Shown: positions 30,065 through 43,725, numbered from the stretch's first letter. The stretch: 64,000 nucleotides of DNA from Octopus sinensis (GCF_006345805.1 NC_043001.1:70122001-70186000); one strand, 5' to 3'. Numbers and translations: made by a program. The notes: generated by a model from the letters alone, not told the origin.

Positions 30065-30101
<37 letters not shown>

Positions 30102-30102
<1 letters not shown>

Positions 30103-30355
30103 GTAAAAAATACAAACTGGGACAAGAACATAAAACATTTAGAAGAAGATACAAAAAACAATACAAAAAATCTAATGCTCGTAGCTTAGTTTTTCCTTGG
30201 GGCTGGCCGGATCGGAGCGATCTCAATATTAATCAGGCGAAATTGCGACGATGATCCGGTTCTTGACTGAAGATTGAAGGTTTCGAATGTCCCGTCCGTT
30301 TTTTGTATCTTCTTCTAAATGTTTTACGTTCTTGTCCCAGTTTGTATTTTTTACA
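30102..30355. mobile_element. 254-bp element with 58-bp inverted arms (MITE or fold-back insertion)
   Basis: tgtaaaaaatacaaactgggacaagaac...gatacaaaaaac (30102-30159) versus its reverse complement at 30298-30355, one mismatch. Confidence 0.75.
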
Positions 30356-30543
30356 AATAATAAGATATATAGCGACGCCCGTACCCTCTTTGGCCTTGTA
30401 TGTAAGTACATATTCCTGTAAATTTGGTACGACTCTATAACACTGTCTCTCTCTCCTACATTTCTCTGCCTTTCACACTTTGTGTGTATATGTGTATGTG
30501 CCGGTCTCTCTCTTCTCCCCCTTGGTGCCTTCGTCCCTCTTTG

Positions 30544-30579
<36 letters not shown>

Positions 30580-31364
30580 CTCCTCCTCCTTTTCTCTTTT
30601 CTTGCTTCTGATTCTTTGGTCTCCTCTTCCCCCACTCTCTCACATTTCTCTGTCTTTCTCACTTTGCACCTCACTGATTCTGTCGCTAAGCCAATCCTTG
30701 GCACGCTCTCTTTCTTCTCCTCTCTTTAATTCCTTCTTTCTCTCTCTTCTCCCCCTTGGTGCCTTCGTCCCTCTTTTTCTCTCTCTCTTTGATTCCTTTG
30801 CCCCTCCCCCTTTTTTTCTCTCTCTCTTCTCTCATGTGACCGCTGGTCAACCAGCCTTTCGGTTTCTAACCAGCGCCATGAGAATATCGTTGTCTTCATC
30901 TGCCGAAAAAGGCATTTTTTTCCAAATACGCCACTAAAACTAGTTGTACTGTCTATAGTCGTAAGACACCCGCTGTTTTTGTCCTGTTATTATTATTATT
31001 GTTTTTTGTATTTATATTCGTGTGGCATCGTCCGTTTTTCTGTCCTTGTTTCGTATACATTCGATACTTTTTCCAAGAAATCTAACACTTGTGTGTATAA
31101 ACATATATTACCCTCTTATACTATCACTGTTACATTAATGAGGAAGAATAAATTAGAACTTTCTTATCACTACCACTACATCTGTAAAGGTAGTAATATA
31201 ATTTCATGTAGTATTTAATGGGATGTATGGTATTGACGAAAAGCAATTGCTTCGAACTTGCTGCCAAATGTGAATGAATGTTAAGGACTCGATGATGAAA
31301 GTAAAAATTTAAAGAAAGTGAATTTAATAAAATAAATCCGTTAAGATAAAACACTTTACTATCT

Positions 31365-31595
31365 TTTATTTTTTACTTGTTTCAGTCATCAGTCAGCGGA
31401 TATGTTGAATCACTGCCAAGTATTTACGTTTTAAAGCCTAGAACCTATTTTACTGGTTTTCTTTGTTGAATCGCTACGTTTCTCGTACATAAACACAGCA
31501 ACGACGGTGACTGGGATAAACACACACACACAAAGGAACACGCTATATATATATATACAGCAGGCTTCTTTTAGTTTTTATCTACCGAAGACATT
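31365..31595 (-). mobile_element. SINE family A, diverged copy
   Basis: ttacttgtttcagtcatc...tttctttgttgaatcgctacg...aggcttcttttagtttttatctacc. Confidence 0.6.
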
Positions 31596-32390
31596 CACGG
31601 CGTAATGAAAATGAATATTTATTTATATAATATAGGCACCGTTCTGTCAAGACTGCTCTTTCCATTCCACATGAGAAAACGATGAAAAATTTAATGGTTT
31701 CTATGTTTGTGTGTATGTGAGTTTATGTGTGTGCATATGACCGATTTCCACATAAAATTTGGGAGATAAAAAACGATATCAAGAGATTCATATCATTATG
31801 AATAAATGTTGTATAACACATGTGTAGGCTTAAGTTTCCTACTTTGCATGATATTCAAGATTATATTTAGATATTCCATCCATTTTTATACATGATGGTT
31901 TTAACACAAGAGAGAACCGAGATGAAGTAAAACTAATCTGAATTGATCTGTTATTTTATGGCATTAAACTGATATTCATACCTGTTCAAACCTAGCACAA
32001 AATGCCCAACAGGTTCTAAATTATAATAAAGTCTACGCTTTTATTTAAATTTTGTGAGTCTTTACATAAATACATACATAACATATACATATATGTGTGT
32101 GTGTTTGCAAGAGTGTGTGCGCACGTGAGCGTGTATGTGTGTGTGCGTGTGTGTGTGTAAGTATATATGTATGTGTTGCTTAAAATCTGAAAATATATTC
32201 ATGATTCATTTTACAAGATTGATCAATAAATTTGTATGAAGAGTTGTAAGTGTAAGTAATGGAAACGATGGAGCATTTAAATGTTCTATTGCTTTTATAC
32301 ACACTATGGTTATCTTCAATTGAAACTGAAGCGAAGTAAAATGAATCGGAACTGAGTTGTTATGTCGTCACACCAGAATAGCATATATAT

Positions 32391-32428
<38 letters not shown>

Positions 32429-33381
32429 CGTATATATTGTATGGGGGTTTGAGTGTGCATCTGTGAGTGCGAGTCTGTAAATGTGTGTGTCTGTGTGTGT
32501 ACATGTGTTTGTGTGAGTGTATGAGTATGCTTGCATGCATGTCTTCCCGGCTGGTGTTTAAACAAAACATTAACACCACCAGATTCAGCCACCACTTCGA
32601 AAGCATTTGTGAATAGGCACTTCTGATTCCGGAAAAAAATGGAGAAACATATCCAACGTAAATTTCCAATGAGTATCATTCAGCAATGATCTGGCTGCTT
32701 GGCTGGGCTTTGCTGTTCTGAATTTGTCGGGGGAGGCACTGTTATCCGTGCCAAAATATATTGTTATTCATTGTGTTTGACACTGTAGAACCTAGGCATC
32801 CGCATCTGTTGCTCTTCTTGATTATTATCGATTTAATTATTGCGTTACTGAATTTATATCACTTCTTTTCTTGAGACATTATTTGTCATTTAAGGCTGAT
32901 GTGGTTGTTATCTCTAGCCTGTCGAGTAACCTTAAGTATATGATGCTCACTCGAATAAATGCTTTAAATGCAGAACTTGGAATAGATACAGCCATGAATA
33001 ATAGCATGAAACAGAAAAAGCCGAAGTTAAGACCGACAGTTTCAAAAATGCATAACGAAATTCGAAGATTTGCTTTTGGTCAATGGAAGAACATCTATTA
33101 TGCTTACAGAAAATGTGGTTTCTAGTCAGACGAGTAGCATTTGACTTATAGTAAAATGGATTTTAAACCAATATTTAAAAATATCATTTATAACATTATC
33201 TACCTTGATTTTCGCTGTTATAAGCCAATTATTTCAGGTCTCACGAAGTTGCTAAAATCTCAAGATATAAACAAATATCTGTTCTAATTTAGTGTGCACT
33301 ATACGCATAAATCTACTCTGCGAAATGACCAGATCTGTGTTGGGAATATGGTTAGAGATTATGATTAGGATTTCATTTAAG

Positions 33382-33413
33382 GTTAGACTGCGACATAGAG
33401 AGTGGACAGCCAG
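33382..33413 (+). CDS. Candidate 32-nt exon (LDCDIESGQP)
   Basis: tttcatttaag|...cag|gtaacc; phase-compatible with 33580-33644. Confidence 0.2.
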
Positions 33414-33579
33414 GTAACCTGCATGAAGAAATGGTACGCAACTATTAATATACAAGTGTGATTTCAATATATCTCTGTACTACCAATACTCACCAAATGA
33501 ATGTAATGTTATTTCTGTTTCTAGACATTAGATATATAGTTTGCTGTATTTTACATATTTCTATTTTTTCTATGCGCAG

Positions 33580-33644
33580 TTTCCACAAGTAATATAAGAG
33601 GTTCAGGAATTGAGACTGACATTGCAAGTCCAGCTGATGTATAA
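33580..33644 (+). CDS. Candidate exon (VSTSNIRGSGIETDIASPADV*)
   Basis: Strong acceptor atttctattttttctatgcgcag; the open frame continues the previous candidate. Confidence 0.2.
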
Positions 33645-34026
33645 TGTAGCTCTTATTGATTTTGTTTCTGCTTTATCATGGGAATTATTTTTTGCGAAAT
33701 GAATAATTTCCGGTATTTTTCCAATACTGGAACAAAAATTTCCTTATATTTGTTTCTATAAAATTTGAAATAACGAAATCATTAAGTTTCAGAGATCACC
33801 ACGAAGAATGGAAACACCATGGTATCCAAATTACAACTGAATTGTTAACGTTGTCTCTTCTATTAACAAGAAATTATGGAAATGGTCTAAACGGATCTCG
33901 ATACAAACTTGAATATATCGAACAGATAATCCATCCCGTTATCTTTGCATTTAACAAAATATCAAGCAAAATATATAATAAATGTGTTTTAAATTCACAA
34001 AATTTTAGTATTAGTGTGCAAATAAG

Positions 34027-34235
34027 GCCGGTGAGTTGACTGGTTTGTTAGCACGCCGGGCAAAATGCTTATCCGCATTTCGTGCTTCTAAGTTCAAATT
34101 TTGCTGACGTCGAATTTGCCTTTCATCCTTTTGTGATCAATAAAATAAGTACCTGTTGAGCACTGATGTCGAGGTTAATGGACTTATACTTTCTCAAGAA
34201 ATTGCTGGCCTTGAGCCAAAATTTGAAAACAATAT
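34027..34235 (+). mobile_element. SINE family B, near full length
   Basis: ccggtgagttgactgg...gttagcacgccgggcaaaatgc...aagttcaaatt...tttgcctttcatccttttgtgatcaataaaataagtacc...ccaaaatttgaaaac. Confidence 0.8.
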
Positions 34236-34770
34236 TAGTATGCAAATAATTAGTATTTTCTATTAAGTATTTTTTTAAAATGTTTATTGTACACTCGCAA
34301 ATACACACAAACACACGCATGGATATCAATCTGTCTATCTATCAATTTATGTATGTGCGTGAGTGTGTAATTTGATAACACATTGTGTATTTGATTGTAT
34401 GAGGTGCTTCTTGGTTACCCAATTAGCATGGCTTTCATTCTTCTATGACAGGGGTTGCGATATTTCCTATATTTCATTGCAATGTGCATTGCGTGTTTTG
34501 ATTTTCAAAACAGTCATACATCCCCAGCAAATGTGTGGAGAGGGTCGATTTAGTTTTGATAAGCGAGTGGACATGTGTAAAAAAGGTTTCTTATAATTGA
34601 TGGTCGCAGTCCCAATGTAGTCACATGCAGTTGGGCTGGTAATGACATGACATCTGTAAAAAATGCTTTTCGCGGATCAGTTTCCATTAAAAGGGCACGA
34701 TCGCGTGTAGTTTTAGAAACGCAGTTATTTTTTGGGATGCGGGGATCGTCTAATAGTAGTTTTGAATATT

Positions 34771-34927
34771 CTTTTATTCTTTTATTTGGGAGCACAGTCT
34801 TTAGCCGAGTAAATCGACCCCAGGACTCATTCTTTGTAAGCCTAGTACTTATTCTGTCTGTCCCCTTTGCCGAACTGCTAGGTTACAGGGATGTAAACAT
34901 ACCAACATCAGTAGTCAAGCGACTGTC

Positions 34928-34971
<44 letters not shown>

Positions 34972-35066
34972 GACAGGTTTCTTTTAGTTTCTGTCTACCA
35001 CATCCATTCACAAGTCTCTGGTCGGCCCGAAGCTATAGTAGAAGACACTTGCCTAAGGTGCCAGCT
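34771..35066 (-). mobile_element. SINE family A (CORE-like accttgggcaagtgtc), partial head plus tail with internal (TA)n
   Basis: gaagacacttgcctaaggtgcc, ggtcggcccgaagctatagtag, tttgccgaactgctagg. Confidence 0.8.
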
Positions 35067-35388
35067 TGGTTTTTGATATTTCTTCCGAGTTAGCTGTAGA
35101 AATACATGTAATAGACGTTAAGGAATGCCTGAATTTTAAACGGCTGGTTGTTCAGTAAGGGATTAAGGAGCGACGGGGGCACAGCATACTATGGCAGTGT
35201 CAGGAACATAATGACGTATCGGATGTACAGAATTTGTATTTTTTAATCTAAAATTACATTTCCAGCAATGGTATATACTAAGTTAGGAATTGTAGAGTAC
35301 GTTTATATATAGGTAGATAAATATAGATATCGATATATATGCATACCAATAAATATAATTGAATATATATATATATGTGTGTGTGTGA

Positions 35389-35432
<44 letters not shown>

Positions 35433-35987
35433 TATTTTTAGATGAGCTTAAAGCTTATGGTGGTCACCATGCAATGACTAACAAAATAGTCTAATAAAGC
35501 TCTCGACAGACAAAAAGAAGGATTTCCCGTGCGCGTCAAGCACTTATTCCTTAGTTAACGCGACTAAGTGTGCTGCCTTTACACTAGCGAATCAGACTTC
35601 TCCTTCCTGTCAAATCTAAGAACTATATATTAGTTCATATTTTGATTTTATGTAAAGAAATTTTCCATATGCTTCCGGTGTGAATGCTTTTTTATTGCGG
35701 CGCCGAGATTTACAATCCTGTAAATAACAATAATGTTTTTTTTTTTATATAAGCTTAAAGCTTATGCCGATCACCGTGCAATGACTAAGGAAAATAGTCT
35801 AATAAAGGGGCATATAAGCCCTCGGCAAAAAAGAAGGCCTTCCCATCCACGTGAGAGTGGAACTCACATCCCTATGTTAACGCACGGAGTAATATATAGT
35901 TCATAAATTTGACGTGAAGGTGAGGGCTAATTCGCTGGTGTAAAGGTGACACATTTAGTCATGTTAACAAAGAGATGTATATATAGA

Positions 35988-36056
<69 letters not shown>

Positions 36057-37054
36057 GTATATATATATGCATGTATGTATATATATGTGTGTCTGTGTTT
36101 ATAGTTTATATATATATGTTTATGTGTGTTTGTGTCTATGTATGTGTTTATATATGAATATTTGAATGTACTTATATATATATGTGTAAGTATATACGCG
36201 TTTGCTCTTTCCATCATTATTGTCTCCATGGTAAAAAAAAGTCTATCTTTATTTTATTTGACATTTTTACTGAGCCCTCCTTAAAATTGCGATTGAATTA
36301 CGAGAAGTAGTTACGGAAAATTTGTAAGTAAACAACACATAAATGTTTAATCGCCAATAAAACTCCAAACATTCTTTAGTCTCTTGACACAGTTAACCAG
36401 TTAACGTTTGTATGTGCTCCACGTGGTATATGCTCGTTAGTGTCTCTGCAAAATCAATATAAGTAAGAGTTTTTAAAATAAATTTTATGCTTTTAAGTAA
36501 ACTACAGCAATATAGAGTGATTTTAGAATTTACATTTGGAAATTATTTGTATTCATGGTAAAAATTCGAAAGATTTCATGCTTGCGTATAAAGGAAGCTA
36601 ATAATACTTGAGGCGAACACCGAATCTGCTACAAAAAAAACCCATCATTTCCTTTTTTTTTATTACGCACTAGCGGAAGTGAATATATTCGATAATGTAT
36701 TCCTGGGTTACCTGTATGAAATGTCTTGTGTCTGATAGCTATAATACCCTTTTGTTATAAGCGGGTTTCCTCAGATCTGATCGATGACTAAACAACTACA
36801 TCAGCTAATCATAAACGTATGATGTTTTTTCCCTTCACAAATTTTTAGTTTGTTAGAAAAGCGGAAATATTTCTGCAGTTGTTTCCTAATAATCTATTTT
36901 AACACTTTCTTCATTCATCTCGCCGTAATAAGAATATGACTATCATATCAGGAATATCAATATCATATCATTGTCATTATTTCAATATCAAAATCACATA
37001 ATAGTTTTTATTTCATTTTTCAATACGTTTTAATATTGTGACGCGCTAACAGAA

Positions 37055-37260
37055 TCACCAGTACGCCGGGGAAAATACTTACTTGCATTTCTCTGTCTTT
37101 ACGTTCTGTGTTCAACTTCCGCCGCGGTCGATATCATATGTACCAGTTGAGCACGGGGGAGGGGCCATATATAATGGACTTACACCTCTCTTCAGCCAAA
37201 ATTTCAAACACCGAAATTGCTAACCGTGTGTCAAAATTCGCGAAGATCCTTGGTTTGTAC
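37055..37260 (+). mobile_element. SINE family B, internally deleted
   Basis: agtacgccggggaaaatac...tttacgttctgtgttcaacttccgccgcggtcga...gtaccagttgagcac. Confidence 0.7.
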
Positions 37261-37943
37261 CTTGGTAGAGAGAAATACATGGGAAATGCTGGAGTTGCTA
37301 TGATTGATGTTCTTTCTCTGTGAATAAGCGTGATATGAAACCTGAGATCAAGTGATAATAGAAGACGTGAGTCAAAGATTTACGAAGTTTGATAAAGGCT
37401 GCAGGCTAGGGTAATCTCTCAAAGAGAAGCATGTGTCTCTATCCACATTTCTCTATACCGTTGGATGAAACAATATGTCAGTATTTGAGGCCGAACGGAA
37501 TATCTGTCTCGAAAACATAATCCTGGAACGAAATCAGAAGTAGTTTCCATTAACTTTGTTTCGAGTTCTCTCTCTCTTCTACATGAATCATTATTATTTG
37601 ATAACTACTTAGGGTAACGTGTACATGCATTTTTATTTTACGTTTCGGCACATAACATCTAAGAAGCGGGAATTATACAGAAGTGGGCACAAGAAAGATG
37701 TAAAAGGAAGAGAGAAGGATAGAAAAAGATAGAGAGGGAAACAATGCGTGATACATAGGTAAAGAGAAAATGATTAAGAAAGAGGCTGAGAGTGAATGAC
37801 AGAGAGCTTATAAATGGCGATCAGTCAAATGGGAAAATGATATAGATTGTCACCACTGATATGATGAGTATGGGTGTGAATGTGAATGTGCGTAAGTGGG
37901 TTCGTGTGTGTGTATGCATGTAATTATACAGACATACACACAC

Positions 37944-38012
<69 letters not shown>

Positions 38013-38707
38013 TATGCGTGGTTGTATGTAATTTTACAGTATACATATACATATATATAGATATATATACACACATATATATATATATGTGTGTGTGTAT
38101 ATGTGTATGTGTGTGTGAGAGAATGTGTGTGTGTGTCTGTGTGCGTAAAGACTTACACATACACGCGTACACAAACATAGTTTAAAGTGCATTACGATGT
38201 GGTCTGAAACCATAAACTTTCACCTAATTTTTCTATCAGATATTTATAATATTCACATTATATACACATGGGAGCTAAATCAAAGTTTCAATGAACAGAA
38301 CGAAACTAAAATATCTACATATATAAATATGTTAACAAACAATAAAACGTGATTTGAAGTATGCAATTGAAAATAGTTAGTGGCAGCTTAGTCGATTGCA
38401 CGTTACGGGATGTCACATCAACAAAGCGCAGATAATATATTCTGACAGCAGAACAAAATAACATTATAATTATTACTGCTAAATATCGCATTAAATGCTT
38501 ATTATCTTATAACATAATTGTCACATTTTATACATAATGGGAACATCTATCATATATATCACTATGCGTTTGCAGACAAACGCGTATACATACACACGCA
38601 CACACACACATACACGCACTCATTTATAATTACTATATATATCGTGATTTATATATATATGTATTAGTATATATTGCTCTCTCTATCTCTCTGTTTCTGT
38701 CTGTCTG

Positions 38708-38778
<71 letters not shown>

Positions 38779-38806
38779 TACCATATGTAATAAATGCATG
38801 AATATA

Positions 38807-38888
<82 letters not shown>

Positions 38889-38890
38889 TA

Positions 38891-38948
<58 letters not shown>

Positions 38949-39149
38949 TATATATATGCATATATATGGTAATATGGTATATAATATATATATATCGTGC
39001 GTAATATATTTGAGGACATATCTATATTTGATATATAACAGATAACATTTATCAAAAAATGCTAAGAGGGTAAAAATAACCCTTCTCTTCTATAATTTTA
39101 TTCCATAAAGCCACCTTTAGGCTCATCAGCTGCTTCTATATGAGATCTA

Positions 39150-39790
39150 AATCATATACATTCTCGAAGCAAGTGGTCCTGGTTCACATATAGCATTCCA
39201 TTGCATACCCTGTCTATCCAGGGCTTAACAATTATTTCCAGGACCTCTATGTAGGCGGCAGAGTGAAAAGAGGGAATGAGGCCTCATATGTCCTTCATAG
39301 CTGACAACCCCTAAAACAGTGAGAGTTGCAGGAAATTTTGTAAGCACAACACTTGGAACTTCAGAAAGGTCGGCACATAACCAACTGTCATGTTTTCTGT
39401 TAACACTTTGATCTTGACCTAGTGTTTCGCGATTGAGAAAAACCAAATCAAATCTTTTTCTGCTTGATTTTCCAGTTTGTTTAAAAGCCTTTTAGACCTG
39501 ATGTAGTGATTATCTTCGTCTTTTTTGTTCATACTGACCGTTCCTCATCGTAGATGACTTATATCTGATGTCTCCGTGGAAAACATTTCTAACTGTTCCT
39601 TCTGACACATAGAGATCTTTCGCAATTGACCTCATGGATTTCTGGGGCTGCAATCAATGTTCAGTTAAAATACATTGGCATCGAAATGGAAATTGACGTA
39701 GCGGTCTCCAGTTGAAGAAAGTTTGCCCTTTATGCCAATATTACTGTTGTGCTCCAGTCTTCAGCAAATATTGATCAGCATTGTCATTTT
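39150..39790 (-). pseudogene. Tc1/mariner superfamily DD37D (maT-like) transposase remnant
   Basis: HTH SMRSIAKDLYVSEGTVRNVF; KRLLNKL..DLIWFFS; QDQSVNRKHDSWLC.D.SEVPSVVLTKFPA..VLGVVSYEG; YIEVLEIIVKPWIDRV. Confidence 0.8.
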
Positions 39791-39890
39791 CTTATATTCT
39801 CAGAGGTTCACATCGTGATGTTCTCAGAGATATGGTAGTCCAGCTGATTAGGAGTAATATTACAGGCACACATATACATACGCATGCATA

Positions 39891-39922
<32 letters not shown>

Positions 39923-39928
39923 AACAGA

Positions 39929-39960
<32 letters not shown>

Positions 39961-40039
39961 TACACACACACACACATATATATGTATATATATATATATA
40001 TGTATATATGTATATATGTATATATTTCTTTTCTGTTTT

Positions 40040-40208
40040 CTTTATTTTACTTGTTTCAGTCATTTGGCTGTAGCCATGCAAGACCACCACCTTTAGTCGG
40101 CCCGAGGCTAGAGTAAAAAACACTTTCCCAAGGTGCCATGCAGTGGGACTGAATACGGAACCAAGTGGTTGTTAAGCAAGCTACTTACTACACAGCCACT
40201 CCTGCGCC
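40040..40208 (-). mobile_element. SINE family A, internally deleted
   Basis: Minus-strand head ggcgcaggagtggctgtgtag...ggttccgtattcagtcccactgc..ggcaccttggg joined to the tail. Confidence 0.8.
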
Positions 40209-40256
40209 TATATACATATATAAATATATATGAGTACACACACACACACACATACG

Positions 40257-40344
<88 letters not shown>

Positions 40345-40399
40345 CCGTAGGTAAAAAGGTGAGCTTGTAATAGTCTAGAAAATGTTAGAATTCGTAGTA

Positions 40400-41698
40400 T
40401 TAGGAACTGTTTGCTTAATTTGTTTTTAAATATTGTTTTAATATAGTATATTTTACTCTTAAAAACGCTGTCTTTTAGTGCTATATTATAAAGGCGTGCA
40501 CATTCCTTAAATATTTTTCTTTTGCGGATAAATTAGATATTCTTTTCGACACACCTTTATTTCCCTAATAACACCTTGGTGATGATTTCATAAAGCGTGG
40601 CTATATTTAATAGATTTGTTAGGCTTATGATAGGGGTAGAATAAGACATTATGCAAATTTAATGATACATCCAATATGTTAACACATTTAGAGAAGTTTT
40701 CAAATAAATCCCTACTGGGTCTGTAACCTGAGCGGAATGCGGTGCTCCCATAGGGATATCAAAAAGATCCCTGGTGTCTTTTCTAGCCCACAATTTATTA
40801 TTATACCTCATACACATTTTCTGGCCATTTTACTACATTAACATCATCCTTGGTCATTATCACCTTATTCATTGCATATATTAGAGCCTTATTAAGTACA
40901 ATTTCTTTAATGGATGAATAATAATCATCTATGTCTATTTGGATGAATTTGTAACTATTACTGTCTTTAATATTTTAAAACCATTTTAAAGTATTAGTGC
41001 TAGTCCATTGTTTAGTTTATTAATATATGTATCTAAGATTAATTTACTTAATTCCCCTAAATCTGATTTACTGGGGCATATGGGTCAAACTTTAGGGTCC
41101 GAGTAAAACTTTTCTTTATGGTCCTTCAAATTAATTCTAGGTAGCATTGGTACATAAGTTTCTGTTTTATTGCCTATCTCATATTTTTCCATGAGGCTTT
41201 ATTAATATTATATATGGTATTTTCCGGAGAATTTTATATTTTTAATTTATTTCCTTTTCCGAAAGGTTATCATATAATTTCGTATCCAACTTATACATGT
41301 TGCCAATTTTATCTGATTGTACTATGATTCCTTCAATATTCCACATTTCTTTTATTTTGGTTGCTAAATATATTAAATATTTGTTGTGTCTGTTTGGGTA
41401 TTTTTAAAATTTAATGTTTTTAAACACCTTCCAAATTTTGTCTTCCAGAATCTGAATTTCCCTATTATATGGGGGTTCCCTTTTAAATTTTAAGTTTTGA
41501 GCTTATGTAATTGGTATACTCCACATCTTTAATGTTGGCAATGTTACGATTATTATAGTAGACTGTCCATTTTATTCTATAAATGAAATCCTTTATATTA
41601 TTAATAAGTTTAAGGATATATTCCCTTTTCGACGGAATGGAGATGTCCTTCAATGAAGATCCCCAGATTTGTGCCGCTATCTTACCAGCAAGTTCCAT
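40400..41698 (-). pseudogene. Penelope-like element ORF, N-terminus and RT (Naiad-type), degenerate, catalytic DD region missing
   Basis: SLKDISIPSKREYILKLINNIKDFIYRIKW; IVQSDKIGNMYK; QWTSTNTLKWF..FIQIDIDDYYSSI...LNKAL; FDIPMGAPHSAQVTDPVGIYL; VNILDVSLNL...PYHKPN. Confidence 0.8.
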
Positions 41699-43019
41699 AA
41701 TAAACAAAAATTGAAGGTTAAAATTAAACAATATTTGTTAATTATAAGTATATTAAAGTATTATAATAATAATATTAGGGAATAAATTATTATTCCAAAC
41801 TTACAGGTAAAATTCAGTATAATAATATTATTCGAAATTCTAATATATAATATATAATATATGTATATAACTAATTTAGAGATGAACCACCATTTCAGAA
41901 CTCAGTCAATGAAGGACCCGTCCAAAACCATGCTGTGAGACATATACCATAGAAAAACAAATATCATACAAAGCAAACATTCATCATAAAAATATTAATC
42001 TAAAATCAAGTAAAGTATAAATTAAACAAAAATTAATACAATAATTATAATGTATAAAATTACTAGTACATTGACTATGTGCGTTTTATGGCTGACTTAG
42101 GACTATATAACATCATATAATAAAACTTATCCAAGTTCGTTAGAACGGGAAAATGTTTTTACTCCCAAAATCAGTCACTCCTCAGGTCAAATTCCTAAAA
42201 AACCTAAAACCAATAGATTAAAGTACCTCATAATAACATAATGAATAAACAAAATAATAAGATAAGAATATAATAAGAAAATAATAAGGAATAAAAAATA
42301 TATATAAAGATACGAAACCTATATGTAATCTCTAAGTTAAAGTCATTAATATTATAAAAAATTACGAATTAAAAATTCAGATAGAGTATTATTGTGAACA
42401 TGATTAATTCATTATGGTGAATGTAAATAAATGTAAATATGTGTTAGCGTATAAAGTTAATAAAAGACATATGTTGATATTGTTTAAAATAAATTTAAAA
42501 TTAAAAAAAACATGACTTATCTGCCGCCGAATAACTCTAGATTAAACCGAAATGATTGTGCTCTAGCATTTATACTAAAAAGTCACGTGATAAATACGGC
42601 GTCCATTAACCAGAGATATGCACGTATTATATTTACTATAATAATAACGAAATTATCGAAATAGAAGCTCTACCTAAAGTATAGTATTCATTCAAGATTT
42701 AAAATACTTAAAACTTCTAAATCTACAAACAATAAAAACTATAATATATACGAAATGTATGTATTACGTAAATAATGGTATAAAACATTGTAATAATGCA
42801 CACATTATCGTTGGATTCTTTATTAGTAAAAATGTATTAATTTATTCTAATTATATATAATAATATAATGTTTACAGTGTATTCTAAGCCAATACTATAA
42901 TAATGTAAAATTTACATTGTATTCTAAGCTAATTATATGTATGTAATGCTATTAATCATAACTATAAATTGGTAATATTTCATGGGTTTAAATAAATCAT
43001 TACATTATCTAAACTGATT

Positions 43020-43530
43020 ATATAAATAATTTAATTTATGCCTACATTTAATATTACGTTCATCTTGAGAGATAATTTTTTATTAGCTAATAATATTTCT
43101 TTAAATTCGTTTGTACGTAATAAGCAAAATTTACTCTCTACTCTATACGATATAGCCTAACAAACTATTTTCCATTTTAACTCGTATTTTATTCTTTTAG
43201 ATTTAAGTTCCCAAATGTATTTACTAAGGCCCGTAGAATTCATTAAATTTCTGTTCTTAAAAGAATTCATATATTGGGACACACGCGATTTAATTTTATT
43301 GGAAGTCGATCCTATGTAAGTAGTAATTATGTTGTCATTATTACTATTATTATAAGCATACAAAAGCACTATACATTTATGTAGTACGTCCTGAACATTA
43401 CATTTATTATTAAATTTCCTTTTGGTCTTATTTCTACAGTTACAATCAATTGTATTCTGGTTTCCATTGGAGTTATTACTTAATTTATTATTGTAAAACT
43501 TATTTAATTTAAATTTATTAAAGAACGAAA
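43020..43530 (-). pseudogene. Penelope-like GIY-YIG endonuclease C-terminus (upstream partial-tandem copy)
   Basis: CNC..KC..KC, TYIGSTSNKIKSR..SFKN..TGLSKYIWELK..KWKI, then FCLL.TNE..IL and KCRHK after a frameshift. Confidence 0.8.
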
Positions 43531-43621
43531 TGATGTATATGTATATATGCATATTTGTATATACGTATTTATATTATATAAATTATACATACATATATGT
43601 ATGTATATATATATATATAGC

Positions 43622-43685
<64 letters not shown>

Positions 43686-43689
43686 CACG

Positions 43690-43725
<36 letters not shown>

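Noticed and set aside
30265-30297. CTGAAGA...CGAA...GTC as a hammerhead
   Set aside because: No stem II or stem I pairing and no GAAA-stem III.
36730-36780. Minus-strand CTGAGGA with stem II and a palindromic TAGCTA-TC
   Set aside because: GAAA is replaced by ATTA and there is no stem I complementarity.
42120-42190. Minus-strand CTGAGGA in the Penelope pLTR region as its hammerhead
   Set aside because: Position is plausible but GAAA, stem III and stem I cannot be reconstructed.
42900-43530. Selenocysteine codons or SECIS in the Naiad-type element
   Set aside because: Visible Cys positions are TGT/TGC, and the ATGA...AA...TGA candidate downstream has far too short a helix.
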